Shown here: positions 10,432 to 20,045 of the stretch, piece by piece | Layout of the letters: every line of letters begins with the position of its first letter | How positions within the stretch are numbered: the first letter of the stretch is position 1 | Source of the DNA: Clostridium sp. CAG:567 | GTDB lineage: Bacteria > Bacillota > Clostridia > TANB77 > CAG-508 | NCBI GenBank assembly: GCA_000437855.1 | Contig: FR902206.1 | Location: forward strand, 138,608 to 202,607 | DNA: 64,000 nucleotides | Reading direction: 5' to 3' | Made by a program: the position numbers and the translations under genes | The notes under the pieces: model-generated | What the model was told of the DNA's origin: nothing | The model's database searches: none | Seen by the model: the letters and a program-made list of their open reading frames with translations, nothing else

Positions 10432-11247
10432 GCGCTTTCTTTCTTTTCTAATTGTAGGCTTAACCAAAAACCAATTGCAAATAAAACTAAGGAAATAAAA
10501 CCTTCTAAATCAAAGGTGAAACCGTGGGTATAAAACTAATACAGAACCTAGTACAAATCCAATTATTCCATAAAAAGTTTGTGCATAATATTTACTAAAC
10601 AAAAATTGTATAAGTTTTAAAAATAAAATACTACCAATAAAAAGTCCAATTCCCATAGGAAATAAAATACTTAAGTCAATATTTGCAACAGCCGAAAGGT
10701 ATGTAGTATAAACACCTAATGTCATCAAAATTACGCTACTACTTACACCAGGAATAACCACTCCTGCAGACATCAAAAGCCCAGCCAATACTAAATAGAA
10801 AAAGTAATTAGAATCAAGATTTAAATTTATAAGTTGAGGTAAAATGTGTTCTAATCTAATTGATAATACTCCTATTAAAAAAGTAAATAAAAAATATAGT
10901 AAATAGTGCAATCTAAAACCAGACTTATTATTGGCTTTTTTTAATAGAATTGGCATGCTTCCAATAATCAAGCCAATAAAGCAAAAGTTAGTAGGCATAG
11001 GATATGTGGCAAATAAAAATTTTAATAATTTACTAACAAGTAATACTCCAATAATTCCACCGAGTGCAATAGGAAATAGAAAAGCAAAATTCTTTTTAAA
11101 ATCTTTAAATATGTTTAATATACTATCAACTAGTTTTTCATAAATACCAAAAATAATACAGAACACACCACTACTAATACCGGGAAGGATAGCACCACTG
11201 CCAATAAAAACACCTTTAATAACATCTAGAATAAATTTCATAAACAA
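10428..11247 (-). CDS. DUF368 family membrane protein (PopT-like putative undecaprenyl-phosphate translocase). Full length only if a +1 shift occurs at the CGG encoded at 10522-10524.
   Basis: ILPGISSGVFCIIFG DUF368 signature. The zero-frame ORF 10510-11247 ends 4 codons after the CGG. The +1 frame continues GFTFDLEGFISLVLFAIGFWLSLQLEKKESA (one more TM helix) to a stop at 10428. Confidence 0.65.
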
Positions 11248-11354
11248 ATCTCCAAATCTATTTATAAAATTTATTCAAAAAAAATAAAAAAATTCATAAA
11301 AGTTCTTGACAAAATATAATATAACATTTATAATAATACTTGTTCATACGAAAT

Positions 11355-11428
<74 letters not shown>

Positions 11429-11437
11429 TTTGAAATC

Positions 11438-11473
11438 AACTTACGGACTTAAAAGTTCGTAAGTTTTTATTTT
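11438..11473 (+). terminator. Rho-independent terminator after tRNA-Gly
   Basis: aacttacggac-ttaaaa-gttcgtaagtt followed by tttatttt. Confidence 0.7.
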
Positions 11474-11689
11474 ATATAAATAATCTTCAAAAAAGAGGAA
11501 AAAATTATCAGAATAATTTAATCCTCTTTTTTATTTTTTGAATATGGGAATAAAATCTATGTCTAGCCAACACTGAATTTGTACTCCCAAACAAATTCTT
11601 ATATGGGGAATACCCCAAACCCCTAAATACAAATCAAGATTTATGTTGGTTTTAGCAATGTATATTATGTAATTATTGGAACAATTCAA

Positions 11690-12730
11690 TTACCTTGATA
11701 CTCCGTAATTTATTTCTCTACTTTTAATGGTACTTTTATAAGTATCATTAACAAATTTATCTGCTAGTTCATTAACACCTATACCGTTTCTATTATTGTG
11801 ACCTCTGCCTAAAATTATTTTATGTTGAACATCAATTCCTAGGCTTTGCAATATTTGAATTGTTTTTTGTGCTCTAGAAAACATTTCTGTTCCTAAAACA
11901 CTTCTTTGATATTTTCCGACTTCTGTTGGCACGCTTCTATCAAAATAACTCATATCATGCATAGGAGCAGGTTGGCCAAAATCATCAAACCTTGAGTTTG
12001 ATTTGTTTTGTGTTTCAAGTTCTCCAACATAATATCTAAACTTAATTTTTGAATAGCTTTCTAAATCAAATCTCTTGCCTGTTAAAGATTCATAATCAGC
12101 TATTCCTAACGGATAAGCCAATTTTTCTGTTGGAATAGGAATACTACCACTTGCACCACCTATACAAGCAGTTTCAACAATGTCCGGATGTAATAAAGCA
12201 AATCGTTGTGCAAAGACTCCCGAACTTGAATATCCATTTAAAAATATTCTATCTTTTACAACTAATCCTCTTTCTTGTTCCAAAATAGATTTTGCTCTAC
12301 AAATAATTTTAACTACTTGCTCATCTATTCTATAATTTCTATCATCCCTTGAAATACTAAAACAATCTTGAGATAATTGTTGTAAATACGGATAATCTCT
12401 ATAGCTTGGTATTAATGGAATAACAATAGGGCTCGGCAAATCTCTTGTTAATTGTGCTAATCTAATTCCTGTTTGAGTTCCTTGTTCTATAATTTCTTGT
12501 AAATTTCCACTTTCTAAATTGTTTGCTTCTACCACAAGTTGGCCATTTGTATTTTCTGATAACGGAATTGCAAAAATACATGGTATATTAATACCTTTAT
12601 TCATATCAGTAGCTAAAAATTTTATTTTATATGGAATTCCATTAATTTGATATTCTAAATCTATATCTCTACCATGCTCCAATTCGCTAGATACATATCT
12701 TATAAATTCATCTTTATTCATACTTATCAC
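11690..12730 (-). CDS. Hypothetical alpha/beta-hydrolase-like protein (GYSSSG nucleophile elbow)
   Basis: 346 aa with an LNGYSSSGVFAQRFALLHPD GxSxG motif. I do not recognise the family. Confidence 0.55.
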   Translation of the reverse strand: MISMNKDEFIRYVSSELEHGRDIDLEYQINGIPYKIKFLATDMNKGINIPCIFAIPLSENTNGQLVVEANNLESGNLQEIIEQGTQTGIRLAQLTRDLPSPIVIPLIPSYRDYPYLQQLSQDCFSISRDDRNYRIDEQVVKIICRAKSILEQERGLVVKDRIFLNGYSSSGVFAQRFALLHPDIVETACIGGASGSIPIPTEKLAYPLGIADYESLTGKRFDLESYSKIKFRYYVGELETQNKSNSRFDDFGQPAPMHDMSYFDRSVPTEVGKYQRSVLGTEMFSRAQKTIQILQSLGIDVQHKIILGRGHNNRNGIGVNELADKFVNDTYKSTIKSREINYGVSR

Positions 12731-12974
12731 CTATACAATATAATATTAAAGTTTTATTTTATCTAAAATAATTATAACATATAAATTAAAATTCTTCTAT
12801 CTTTCGGAGAAAATAAAGTTTTATTACTATTGAAATCATACAGAAATTAATATATAATATTTATAGAAAGAGAGAGTTGTAGTTCGTAAGCTGTAGCTTA
12901 ACCGCTCCACAAAAAAACTTACGAATTTAATTGTTCATAAGTTTTTTTATGTAATTCAGCCATATTAAATTTTT

Positions 12975-13622
12975 TTATTTAAATTTTAATTGCTCATTCA
13001 TATTTTCTAATTTTTTTATACTAGAATTATCCTTTAATAACTTTAGCTGCCTTTGTGCAGTTTTATTCAACTTTACAAGTCTTTCACTTTGCGAAATACC
13101 AGTAGTTATCATTTCTGCGTTTAAGTTTTCAAGATTTGCTAATACAACTAAATGTAGAATATCCGTATAGTCTCTAATATTTCCACTTAAATCAGGGTTG
13201 CTTTCATGCCATTCTTTTGCGGTGATACCAAATAAAGCAACATTTAAAACATCGGCTTCGTTTGCGTATATAAATTGTTTTTGCTTTTCGGTCAGCGTAG
13301 GGACAATAAATTCTTTTATACTATCAGTGTGAATAACATAGTTTGTTTTAGATAATTCTCTTTTTACAGACCATTCGATTTTACTTTGATAGGCTTCGTT
13401 TTTCTTAAGCCTTTCAAACTCAGTTATTAGATATAATTTGAATTCTACATTTAGCCAACTTGCAAATTCAAAAGCAATATCAGGATGAGCAAAGGTTCCT
13501 AAACTATATTTTCCACTACTTGGAATAATTCCAATAGCATTAAAATCCTTTTTCCAACGATTTGGAGTCATAGTAAAACGATTGTATCCAACTTCAGCAA
13601 CTTTAATTCTGTGTGATTCCAC
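12975..13622 (-). CDS. KilA-N domain protein (phage/mobile-element-associated DNA-binding domain) with a C-terminal coiled coil
   Basis: RFTMTPNRWKKDFNAIGII...FAHPDIAFEFASWLNVEFKLYLITEF. Confidence 0.7.
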   Translation of the reverse strand: MESHRIKVAEVGYNRFTMTPNRWKKDFNAIGIIPSSGKYSLGTFAHPDIAFEFASWLNVEFKLYLITEFERLKKNEAYQSKIEWSVKRELSKTNYVIHTDSIKEFIVPTLTEKQKQFIYANEADVLNVALFGITAKEWHESNPDLSGNIRDYTDILHLVVLANLENLNAEMITTGISQSERLVKLNKTAQRQLKLLKDNSSIKKLENMNEQLKFK

Positions 13623-13674
13623 GGAATTAAAATTGTCATTATTTAATTCAAGAGCAAAAATGAAAAAATATTGC

Positions 13675-14754
13675 CTATTTTAAAGAATAACTATTATTTA
13701 TTATTGAAATACTGTATATGAATAACACATCTTTATTATCAAAATTAATATAATTTCCTAATATTGTGGGTGAGATGTATCTAGTATCTACTAGAGTTAT
13801 TTTACTATAAGAACTTAATAACAAAGGTGCTAAACTACTTCCATACGAGTCTCTAAAAATTATCAATTCTTTTCCGCTAGTGTTTTTATCGTTAAAAATA
13901 GTTAAAAGGGGAGTAGCACCAGACAAATATATGTCATACTTGTCTAATGAATTTTTTTTATTTAAATCATATACATTAGTATAAGTATTAGTTGTATAAT
14001 TAAATACTCTGGCATTTTTTAATATGTCGTTAGTCATTATATTTATTTCATCAAAGTCAGTATTTACAGGTACTCGATAAGCATAAGTACCTTTAAACTT
14101 TGCAATATTCTCAACATTATAACTAGAACTTGAATAATTGTTCATACCTTTTAAGAGCTCATCAGCAACCTTTTGGATGTTTTCTTGTTTCCAATGGCTA
14201 TCAGTTTTATAATAGTCAGTTAAATTTAATTTGTCTAATATCTTTATATATGTGGCAAAATCTAAATTTTCTTTCATTTTACTTTCAAGCAAATCATAAT
14301 CAATTTTTAAATTATTATCATTTACAAAATAATTTTTATCTGGAACAATTGAAAAATATATCTTGTTATTGGCTAAATACTTATTTTTTATATCTGTAAT
14401 TTTTTTTGTTAAATTTGTCACAGAAGCATAAGAAAGAGGATAGGTCTGCTCAACTAAATAATCGTTTTTAATATAAATGTTATGATAGTTTCCTTTGAAA
14501 GTTAAGTCTAGCTTAGCTTTGGCAGTTCTAAAATTATCTCTACTAATAAATTGATCATTTACATAGGTATCAAATTTACTAAAAAATGTACCATTAAATA
14601 AATTCTGTAATGTAAAACTTGGAAACTGCTCAAGCTTACGCCTTTCGGCAATAGATATTTCTGTATCTGGTTTTAATATATTTAAAACAAATACTAATAG
14701 TAATATTGTTAAAAATAAAACAGATACAATTATATTTTTAAATTTATTACTCAT
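13675..14754 (-). CDS. DHHW-motif protein (AlgJ/AlgX-like SGNH partner of an MBOAT acyltransferase), N-terminal TM anchor
   Basis: KTDSHWKQEN DHHW motif. N-terminal signal anchor. Immediately downstream of the MBOAT gene. Confidence 0.75.
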   Translation of the reverse strand: MSNKFKNIIVSVLFLTILLLVFVLNILKPDTEISIAERRKLEQFPSFTLQNLFNGTFFSKFDTYVNDQFISRDNFRTAKAKLDLTFKGNYHNIYIKNDYLVEQTYPLSYASVTNLTKKITDIKNKYLANNKIYFSIVPDKNYFVNDNNLKIDYDLLESKMKENLDFATYIKILDKLNLTDYYKTDSHWKQENIQKVADELLKGMNNYSSSSYNVENIAKFKGTYAYRVPVNTDFDEINIMTNDILKNARVFNYTTNTYTNVYDLNKKNSLDKYDIYLSGATPLLTIFNDKNTSGKELIIFRDSYGSSLAPLLLSSYSKITLVDTRYISPTILGNYINFDNKDVLFIYSISIINNSYSLK

Positions 14755-14764
14755 ATTTCACCTT

Positions 14765-16156
14765 CTAAAACCTAAAATATAAAAATGGGTTGAATGAATT
14801 ATCTACTAAAAATATTGTCACAATACCTAATAATAAAATCATGTAAATAGGTTGCAAAATATTTATAATTTTGTTCCATTTTGAGTTACTACTTAATTTA
14901 TTTACCAAATTACGTAATAATGGGGTAGAGCCTATTATTCCTAAAATAATAATTACGGCATAACCTTTTAAGTAGTAAAGTGTAGTATCATTTATTAAAG
15001 CTTCATTATTAAGTCCAAATAATCCTTTAATTATTACTCCAATTTGACTCATATCTGTTGACTGGAATATAACAAAACTAATCATAACAATAAATAAAGT
15101 ATAAATTCTTTTTATAATATTTGGCGACTTTTCAATAAGTTTATTAAATACAAATTTTTCTAAAATTAGTATAACACCAAATAATGAGCCCCACAAAACA
15201 AAATTCCAACTTGAACCATGCCATAGACCAGTTAAAGCCCAAACAATTAAGATATTTCTTATCTGAATTGTTATACCACGTCTATTTCCACCTAGAGGAA
15301 TGTATACATAATCTCTAAACCATGAACTTAAAGTCATATGCCATTTTCTCCAGAATTCAGTTATACTTTTTGCAGTGTATGGGTAATCAAAATTCTCTGG
15401 AAAATGAAAACCGAAAATTCTTCCTAATCCTATTGCTATATCTGAATAGCCAGAAAAGTCAAAATATATTTGTAACATATAACTAATTGCAAAAATCCAA
15501 TAAAATAAAATACTTTTATCAGGTACTGAAGAAAATACATTACACAATTCACCTAGGCTATTTGCTATTATTACTTTTTTAGCAAGTCCTATGGTGAATC
15601 TATTAGCACCATAAGCAAAGTTTTCGAATGTATGCTTTCTGTTGTCTAGTTCATTAGCAATAGAGTTATACCTTACTATTGGACCAGCTATAAGTTGAGG
15701 GAAGAAAAATACATAAGTTGCAAATTTAAAAAAGTTCTTTTGAGCAGATACTTTTTTGTTAAATACATCAACTTCATAACTGATTATTTGAAATGTGTAA
15801 AATGATATTCCTATTGGTAATACTAAATTTAGTAATGAAATATCAATATTAAATATGCTATTTATATTTTCTGTAATAAAAGTTAGATATTTAAATATAC
15901 ACAAAAATAAAATATGTATAAATATTGATAAAGCTAAAATGCCTTTATTTTTATGCTTGTCAATCAACAATGCAGAAAAATAGGCAATAGCTATTTCTAA
16001 AATCATCAATAATATATATTTAGGTTCTCCATAAAAATAAAATAATATAGAAGAAAGGAGAAGAACCATATTTTTAAATTTATTAGGCAATATAAAATAT
16101 ACCGCTAATACTATGGGAAGAAAGTAGTATATAAAGCTAATACTTGTAAAAACCAT
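14765..16156 (-). CDS. MBOAT family membrane-bound O-acyltransferase (AlgI/DltB/PatA-like)
   Basis: 463 aa polytopic protein with conserved His in LWHGSSWNFVLWG. Paired with the DHHW gene. Confidence 0.88.
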   Translation of the reverse strand: MVFTSISFIYYFLPIVLAVYFILPNKFKNMVLLLSSILFYFYGEPKYILLMILEIAIAYFSALLIDKHKNKGILALSIFIHILFLCIFKYLTFITENINSIFNIDISLLNLVLPIGISFYTFQIISYEVDVFNKKVSAQKNFFKFATYVFFFPQLIAGPIVRYNSIANELDNRKHTFENFAYGANRFTIGLAKKVIIANSLGELCNVFSSVPDKSILFYWIFAISYMLQIYFDFSGYSDIAIGLGRIFGFHFPENFDYPYTAKSITEFWRKWHMTLSSWFRDYVYIPLGGNRRGITIQIRNILIVWALTGLWHGSSWNFVLWGSLFGVILILEKFVFNKLIEKSPNIIKRIYTLFIVMISFVIFQSTDMSQIGVIIKGLFGLNNEALINDTTLYYLKGYAVIIILGIIGSTPLLRNLVNKLSSNSKWNKIINILQPIYMILLLGIVTIFLVDNSFNPFLYFRF

Positions 16157-16180
16157 AACTATAATCCTTTCAGAAAGTTA

Positions 16181-16267
16181 AAAAGTGTGCCATTGGGGAC
16201 GGAGAATATTGGCACGTTTTAAAATTCTTAACGTGCCAATATTCTCCGTCCCCAATGGCACACTTTT
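16181..16267. repeat. Palindromic intergenic element, copy 1: 38-bp perfect inverted arms around an 11-nt loop; core TGTGCCATTGGGGACGGAGAATATTGGCAC
   Basis: aaaagtgtgccattggggacggagaatattggcacgtt / ttaaaattctt / aacgtgccaatattctccgtccccaatggcacactttt. About 50% GC in a genome of under 30% GC. The same 30-mer recurs at 42531-42634. Confidence 0.85.
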
Positions 16268-16269
16268 GA

Positions 16270-16887
16270 TTATTGTACTATCATTTCAGGTGGAAGTTCA
16301 TAATCAGAATTTTCTGATTTTTCTAATTCTTTTCCAACTTCGTTATTTACGTATTTTTTAAATGAATCATAAACTGGTTTTGCCCAATCTTCATATGACA
16401 TTACATAGAATATTACATTATTGTGATTTGTAATATAGAACTTTTCAGCAGATACACAAATCCATTTATTCATATCTACATTGTCATAAATTTCTTGTTT
16501 AACTTGTTCGATATTTGCATTATTTTTTAGTTTTATAGCAACTAATGAGTATGCTTGAGAACTCATTACAGGTTCAGACACTACTAATTCTTCAACATTA
16601 TCATTATTGGATAAAAATGTATATGAAGAAACAACATTATTATCAGACAAACCAATTTTTTGAGTTTCTAATGATGGCAATTCAACATTTGAGTTTTTAT
16701 AAATTGTATCAATCATAGTCTTCAAATTAATAGAAGAATTATTAGTAGAATTTTGGTTAGTTATCATATAAATTGCAACACCAGCTATAATAACTAAAAT
16801 GGCAATAATTAAAATAATAATTGAACCCTTTTTCAAAAAAATCCCTCCTTCTGAATACATTTTACCCAAGAAGGAGGTTTTAGTCAA
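16270..16887 (-). CDS. Hypothetical membrane-anchored/secreted protein (DUF4358-like)
   Basis: 205 aa, N-terminal TM segment, last gene of the Zn-ribbon/PrsW operon. Confidence 0.5.
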   Translation of the reverse strand: MTKTSFLGKMYSEGGIFLKKGSIIILIIAILVIIAGVAIYMITNQNSTNNSSINLKTMIDTIYKNSNVELPSLETQKIGLSDNNVVSSYTFLSNNDNVEELVVSEPVMSSQAYSLVAIKLKNNANIEQVKQEIYDNVDMNKWICVSAEKFYITNHNNVIFYVMSYEDWAKPVYDSFKKYVNNEVGKELEKSENSDYELPPEMIVQ

Positions 16888-18048
16888 CTATTTATTTGAT
16901 TCTAATCTTTTAGCATCATCAATTTGTTTTAAGCCTAAGTTTATAAAATAAATTATTACAAGCCAAGCTAAAATAGTCATTGCAATTTGAACTAGGTAAT
17001 AAGGAGCTTGAATAGGCATATCCCATATACCATGTAATACAATAGGAATTAAACAAATCAATAAAAATCTTTTATCATTTAAGTGCTTTTTATCTAATTT
17101 ATCAAATCCTTTGACATACATCAATGCTGCACCTTCTATAGCTGCCCAAGCGACATGGCCACCAGGAGCTAAGAAACCACGTAATTTTATAATTTCTAAC
17201 ATTGTTTGTAAACCATTGTTAAGACCAAATCGTAAAATGTATCCAGCTGTTTCAAATGCGGCAAAACCCGAACCAACAGCGGCACCAACTAATAATCCGT
17301 TTAATATATAATTGCTCTTTTTACTTTTAAATAAGAAAATAGCAACTATAACAGCTTTTGCAACTTCTTCAATTAAGCCAATCAATAAAGCACCTTCATA
17401 AGTTTGAACAGTAGCATTTGTTTCAAAATATGGTAATGAAAAATATAATATAGCTAAAATTAGTGATAATGCTCCGCCAAGTACAAAGTATTTTATTACC
17501 TTATAAAAAGGTATATTTCTAAATAAATTAATTTCAAAGAAAAACATAAGTACAGTTACTGGAACAGCAAAAGCTGCTAACATTATCATAAGTGGTAGGA
17601 AGTTAGCATTTCCATATTCTATAAATCCTATACGAGTGGGGATATATGCAATTATGAAAAATACAAATATTTTAAAATATACCCATGCACCTGCATTCTT
17701 TGGGTTAATATCTTTAACATCTGGAGTAGTTTTATCTGAACCACAAACAAAAACTTCATCCAAATCTTCTTCAGTATGCTTTTTGAAAGTATTTTTAAAT
17801 AAATCTTTAAATTTTACATAGTTTTTAGATTGAGCACCTGTTATCTTATCTAGGTTTTCAGTTATTATATTTGAAGCACTTTTTTTGCCGACAGGGTAGC
17901 CACATTCAGGACAATTAATTTCATCTCCATTTAATTTAGCACTACATTCAGGACAAGTTTGCAAATTTATTTTTATACCACAGTGTGGACAAACCTTAGC
18001 ACTAGAAGATATACTTTCTCCACATTCTTCACATTTTATTAAAGCCAT
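16888..18048 (-). CDS. Zinc-ribbon domain fused to a PrsW-family intramembrane protease
   Basis: N-terminal CEECG...CPHCG and CPEC...CPECG zinc ribbons. PrsW motifs EEVAKA, FAAFET and HVAWAAIEG in a polytopic membrane domain. Confidence 0.8.
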   Translation of the reverse strand: MALIKCEECGESISSSAKVCPHCGIKINLQTCPECSAKLNGDEINCPECGYPVGKKSASNIITENLDKITGAQSKNYVKFKDLFKNTFKKHTEEDLDEVFVCGSDKTTPDVKDINPKNAGAWVYFKIFVFFIIAYIPTRIGFIEYGNANFLPLMIMLAAFAVPVTVLMFFFEINLFRNIPFYKVIKYFVLGGALSLILAILYFSLPYFETNATVQTYEGALLIGLIEEVAKAVIVAIFLFKSKKSNYILNGLLVGAAVGSGFAAFETAGYILRFGLNNGLQTMLEIIKLRGFLAPGGHVAWAAIEGAALMYVKGFDKLDKKHLNDKRFLLICLIPIVLHGIWDMPIQAPYYLVQIAMTILAWLVIIYFINLGLKQIDDAKRLESNK

Positions 18049-18051
18049 ATT

Positions 18052-18795
18052 TTATGCCCCCCTTTCTGTCAAAGTTGATAAAATATGAGTTACTACATTA
18101 TTGATTTCAATTGAATTTGTATTTTCTTCTTTAGAAGCTACCATATATACCTTGCCATTAATTAAAACAGCATATCTATTATCAACTACTAAGTGACCAC
18201 TTGAAGTATAATTATATGCTAATCCATAAACTGTTTTATTTCCAATAGTGCCAGAAAGTAAATCAATAGTAACTTTCAAATCACTATATTGTTTTTTCAT
18301 GTAAGTTGTAAAATCATTTAAAAATTGTACTTCACTAGTATATTTGTCATATCTGCCAATAATTATATATGGAATTAAAGCACCTTGACTATCTATATTT
18401 CTACCTACATAAATATATCCTTCTTTATCTGTAGTTACTTTATAAGTACCAGGCATTTCAAAAGATATTCCAAGATATGGATCATTGTACACCGTATAAC
18501 CATAATCAGTTGATGGAGTGGTAGGCTGCCCAGTACCAGTACCACCAGTTCCAGTGCCACCTGTACCTGTTCCAGTATTGTTATTATTTTGATTAAAAAA
18601 CAAGAAACCAGCTACAATTATAGCTAATATTATTAGTATATATTTAATATTACCTTTATTCATAAAGGAACTGGCCACCTTATTATCAGAGGTGGTAGGA
18701 GTCTCCTTTTTATTTAACTCATAACCACATTTTGGGCAACGCTCAGCTTTATCACTTATCTGGTTGCCACATTCGGGACATTTTATTAATGCCAT
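18052..18795 (-). CDS. Zinc-ribbon / single-TM / extracellular-domain protein with a (GT)n low-complexity linker. The start was taken at MALIKCPECG; the ORF is open to 18816.
   Basis: MALIKCPECGNQISDKAERCPKCG, TM helix, TGTGTGGTGTGGTGTG linker. The first 6 residues are identical to the PrsW fusion protein. Confidence 0.6.
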   Translation of the reverse strand: MALIKCPECGNQISDKAERCPKCGYELNKKETPTTSDNKVASSFMNKGNIKYILIILAIIVAGFLFFNQNNNNTGTGTGGTGTGGTGTGQPTTPSTDYGYTVYNDPYLGISFEMPGTYKVTTDKEGYIYVGRNIDSQGALIPYIIIGRYDKYTSEVQFLNDFTTYMKKQYSDLKVTIDLLSGTIGNKTVYGLAYNYTSSGHLVVDNRYAVLINGKVYMVASKEENTNSIEINNVVTHILSTLTERGA

Positions 18796-19116
18796 AACAT
18801 CACCTTTTCTTTTCATATTATGATAATTCTGTGAAAACTATATACAATTACCACTAAATTAAGTATAATATAATCATTACACAACTTGAAACAAAATTAC
18901 CAAACAGTCAATGACAAATTGGTAAAGAAAAAATATTGTTATTTTCATTTGATTGTCACACAGAATTAACTTACAAGATGTTTAATAATAACAAATTTAT
19001 TAAAACATATGTCACAAGCTTAGAAAATGCTGATACAACTAATAGCAATATAGGCTTTAAATATAGGCTTTAATGGATACAAATTATATGTAAATGGAAC
19101 AGCTATAAATAAAAAA

Positions 19117-19145
19117 ATGCACTGCAAAGGTGCATTTTTTATATT
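19117..19145. terminator. Bidirectional terminator-like hairpin in a 630-bp intergenic region
   Basis: aaaaaaatgcac-tgcaaag-gtgcatttttt. Confidence 0.55.
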
Positions 19146-19195
19146 CTAGGAATTTACTCCTAGTAGGAGTAAATTCTGTAGAAGATAAATATGCG

Positions 19196-19254
19196 AATTA
19201 CAAGAATTTCTAGCAGTTTGCACTGCGTAGAAATTCTTGTAATCCGTTTTTTAC
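19196..19254 (+). terminator. Long hairpin (16-bp perfect stem) plus a T-run
   Basis: attacaagaatttcta-gcagtttgcactgcg-tagaaattcttgtaat then ccgtttttt. Confidence 0.55.
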
Positions 19255-19449
19255 TCTTTTAATTTACAAACATCAACCCATTTAACATATTCAGTAATAT
19301 GTTCTAGTTCCGAAATTGTAAGTTCAATAGCATTGTTAGGTTCACCACATGCAAGAAAATAAGATTATATCATAAAAATAAAACTATTGCTATTTTTTAT
19401 AAAATAAAATATAATCTATAAAGAATGAAATAAGAAAGAAGAATTTGAT

Positions 19450-20025
19450 ATGCCAAGTATTCATATACATTTAGCCATAGCAGAAAGATATGTAGAAAAA
19501 CATAAAATTAACGATAAAAATGAATTTATAGATGGCTCTATAGCTCCTGATTTTATAAAACCAAAAAGTCTGAGTCATTATGCAACCATAAGAAAAGAAA
19601 AGGTAAGTATAATGCAAGAACTAAATGATAGAGCGAGTTTAAAAAATTATTTAAAAGAAAATAATATTAAAAGTGATTTTGATAGAGGGTATGCGTTACA
19701 TTTATTAGCGGATGAATTTTTTTTCAAGGAGTTTTTTGATGAAGAATATTTTAAAAAACATACCAAAGAAGAATTTTCGCCAAATTTGTATAAAAGTTAT
19801 GATATTTTAAACTTATATTTGATTGAAAAATACAATATTGAAATAAGCAAGGATATGGAACAAAGAATAGATAATAACATTAAAGAGGTTATGAGTAAAA
19901 ATGAAGTTAATCAAAATTTAAAATTTGAAAATATTTTGCCATTAAATAAAGTAGAAATGTTTATTGAAAAAATGTCTGATATAGATATAGATTTATATTC
20001 AAAGAATGAATTAAATAAAAACTAG
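19450..20025 (+). CDS. Hypothetical protein (possible metal-dependent hydrolase fold; HIHLA and HLLADEF motifs)
   Basis: 191 aa ORF with an RBS. No confident family assignment. Confidence 0.45.
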   Translation: MPSIHIHLAIAERYVEKHKINDKNEFIDGSIAPDFIKPKSLSHYATIRKEKVSIMQELNDRASLKNYLKENNIKSDFDRGYALHLLADEFFFKEFFDEEYFKKHTKEEFSPNLYKSYDILNLYLIEKYNIEISKDMEQRIDNNIKEVMSKNEVNQNLKFENILPLNKVEMFIEKMSDIDIDLYSKNELNKN

Positions 20026-20045
20026 ATGGTAAAGGAGAATAAATA

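Noticed and set aside
16181-16267. CRISPR array or sigma-54 promoter interpretation of the GC-rich repeat
   Set aside because: The copies are inverted pairs, not direct repeats with spacers, and there are no cas genes. TGGCAC is present, but there is no TTGC element at the sigma-54 spacing in either copy.
19450-20025. Assigning the 191-aa protein as zinc-dependent phospholipase C
   Set aside because: Only loose H-x-H and HxxxD-like motifs recalled from memory. Not enough to name the family.
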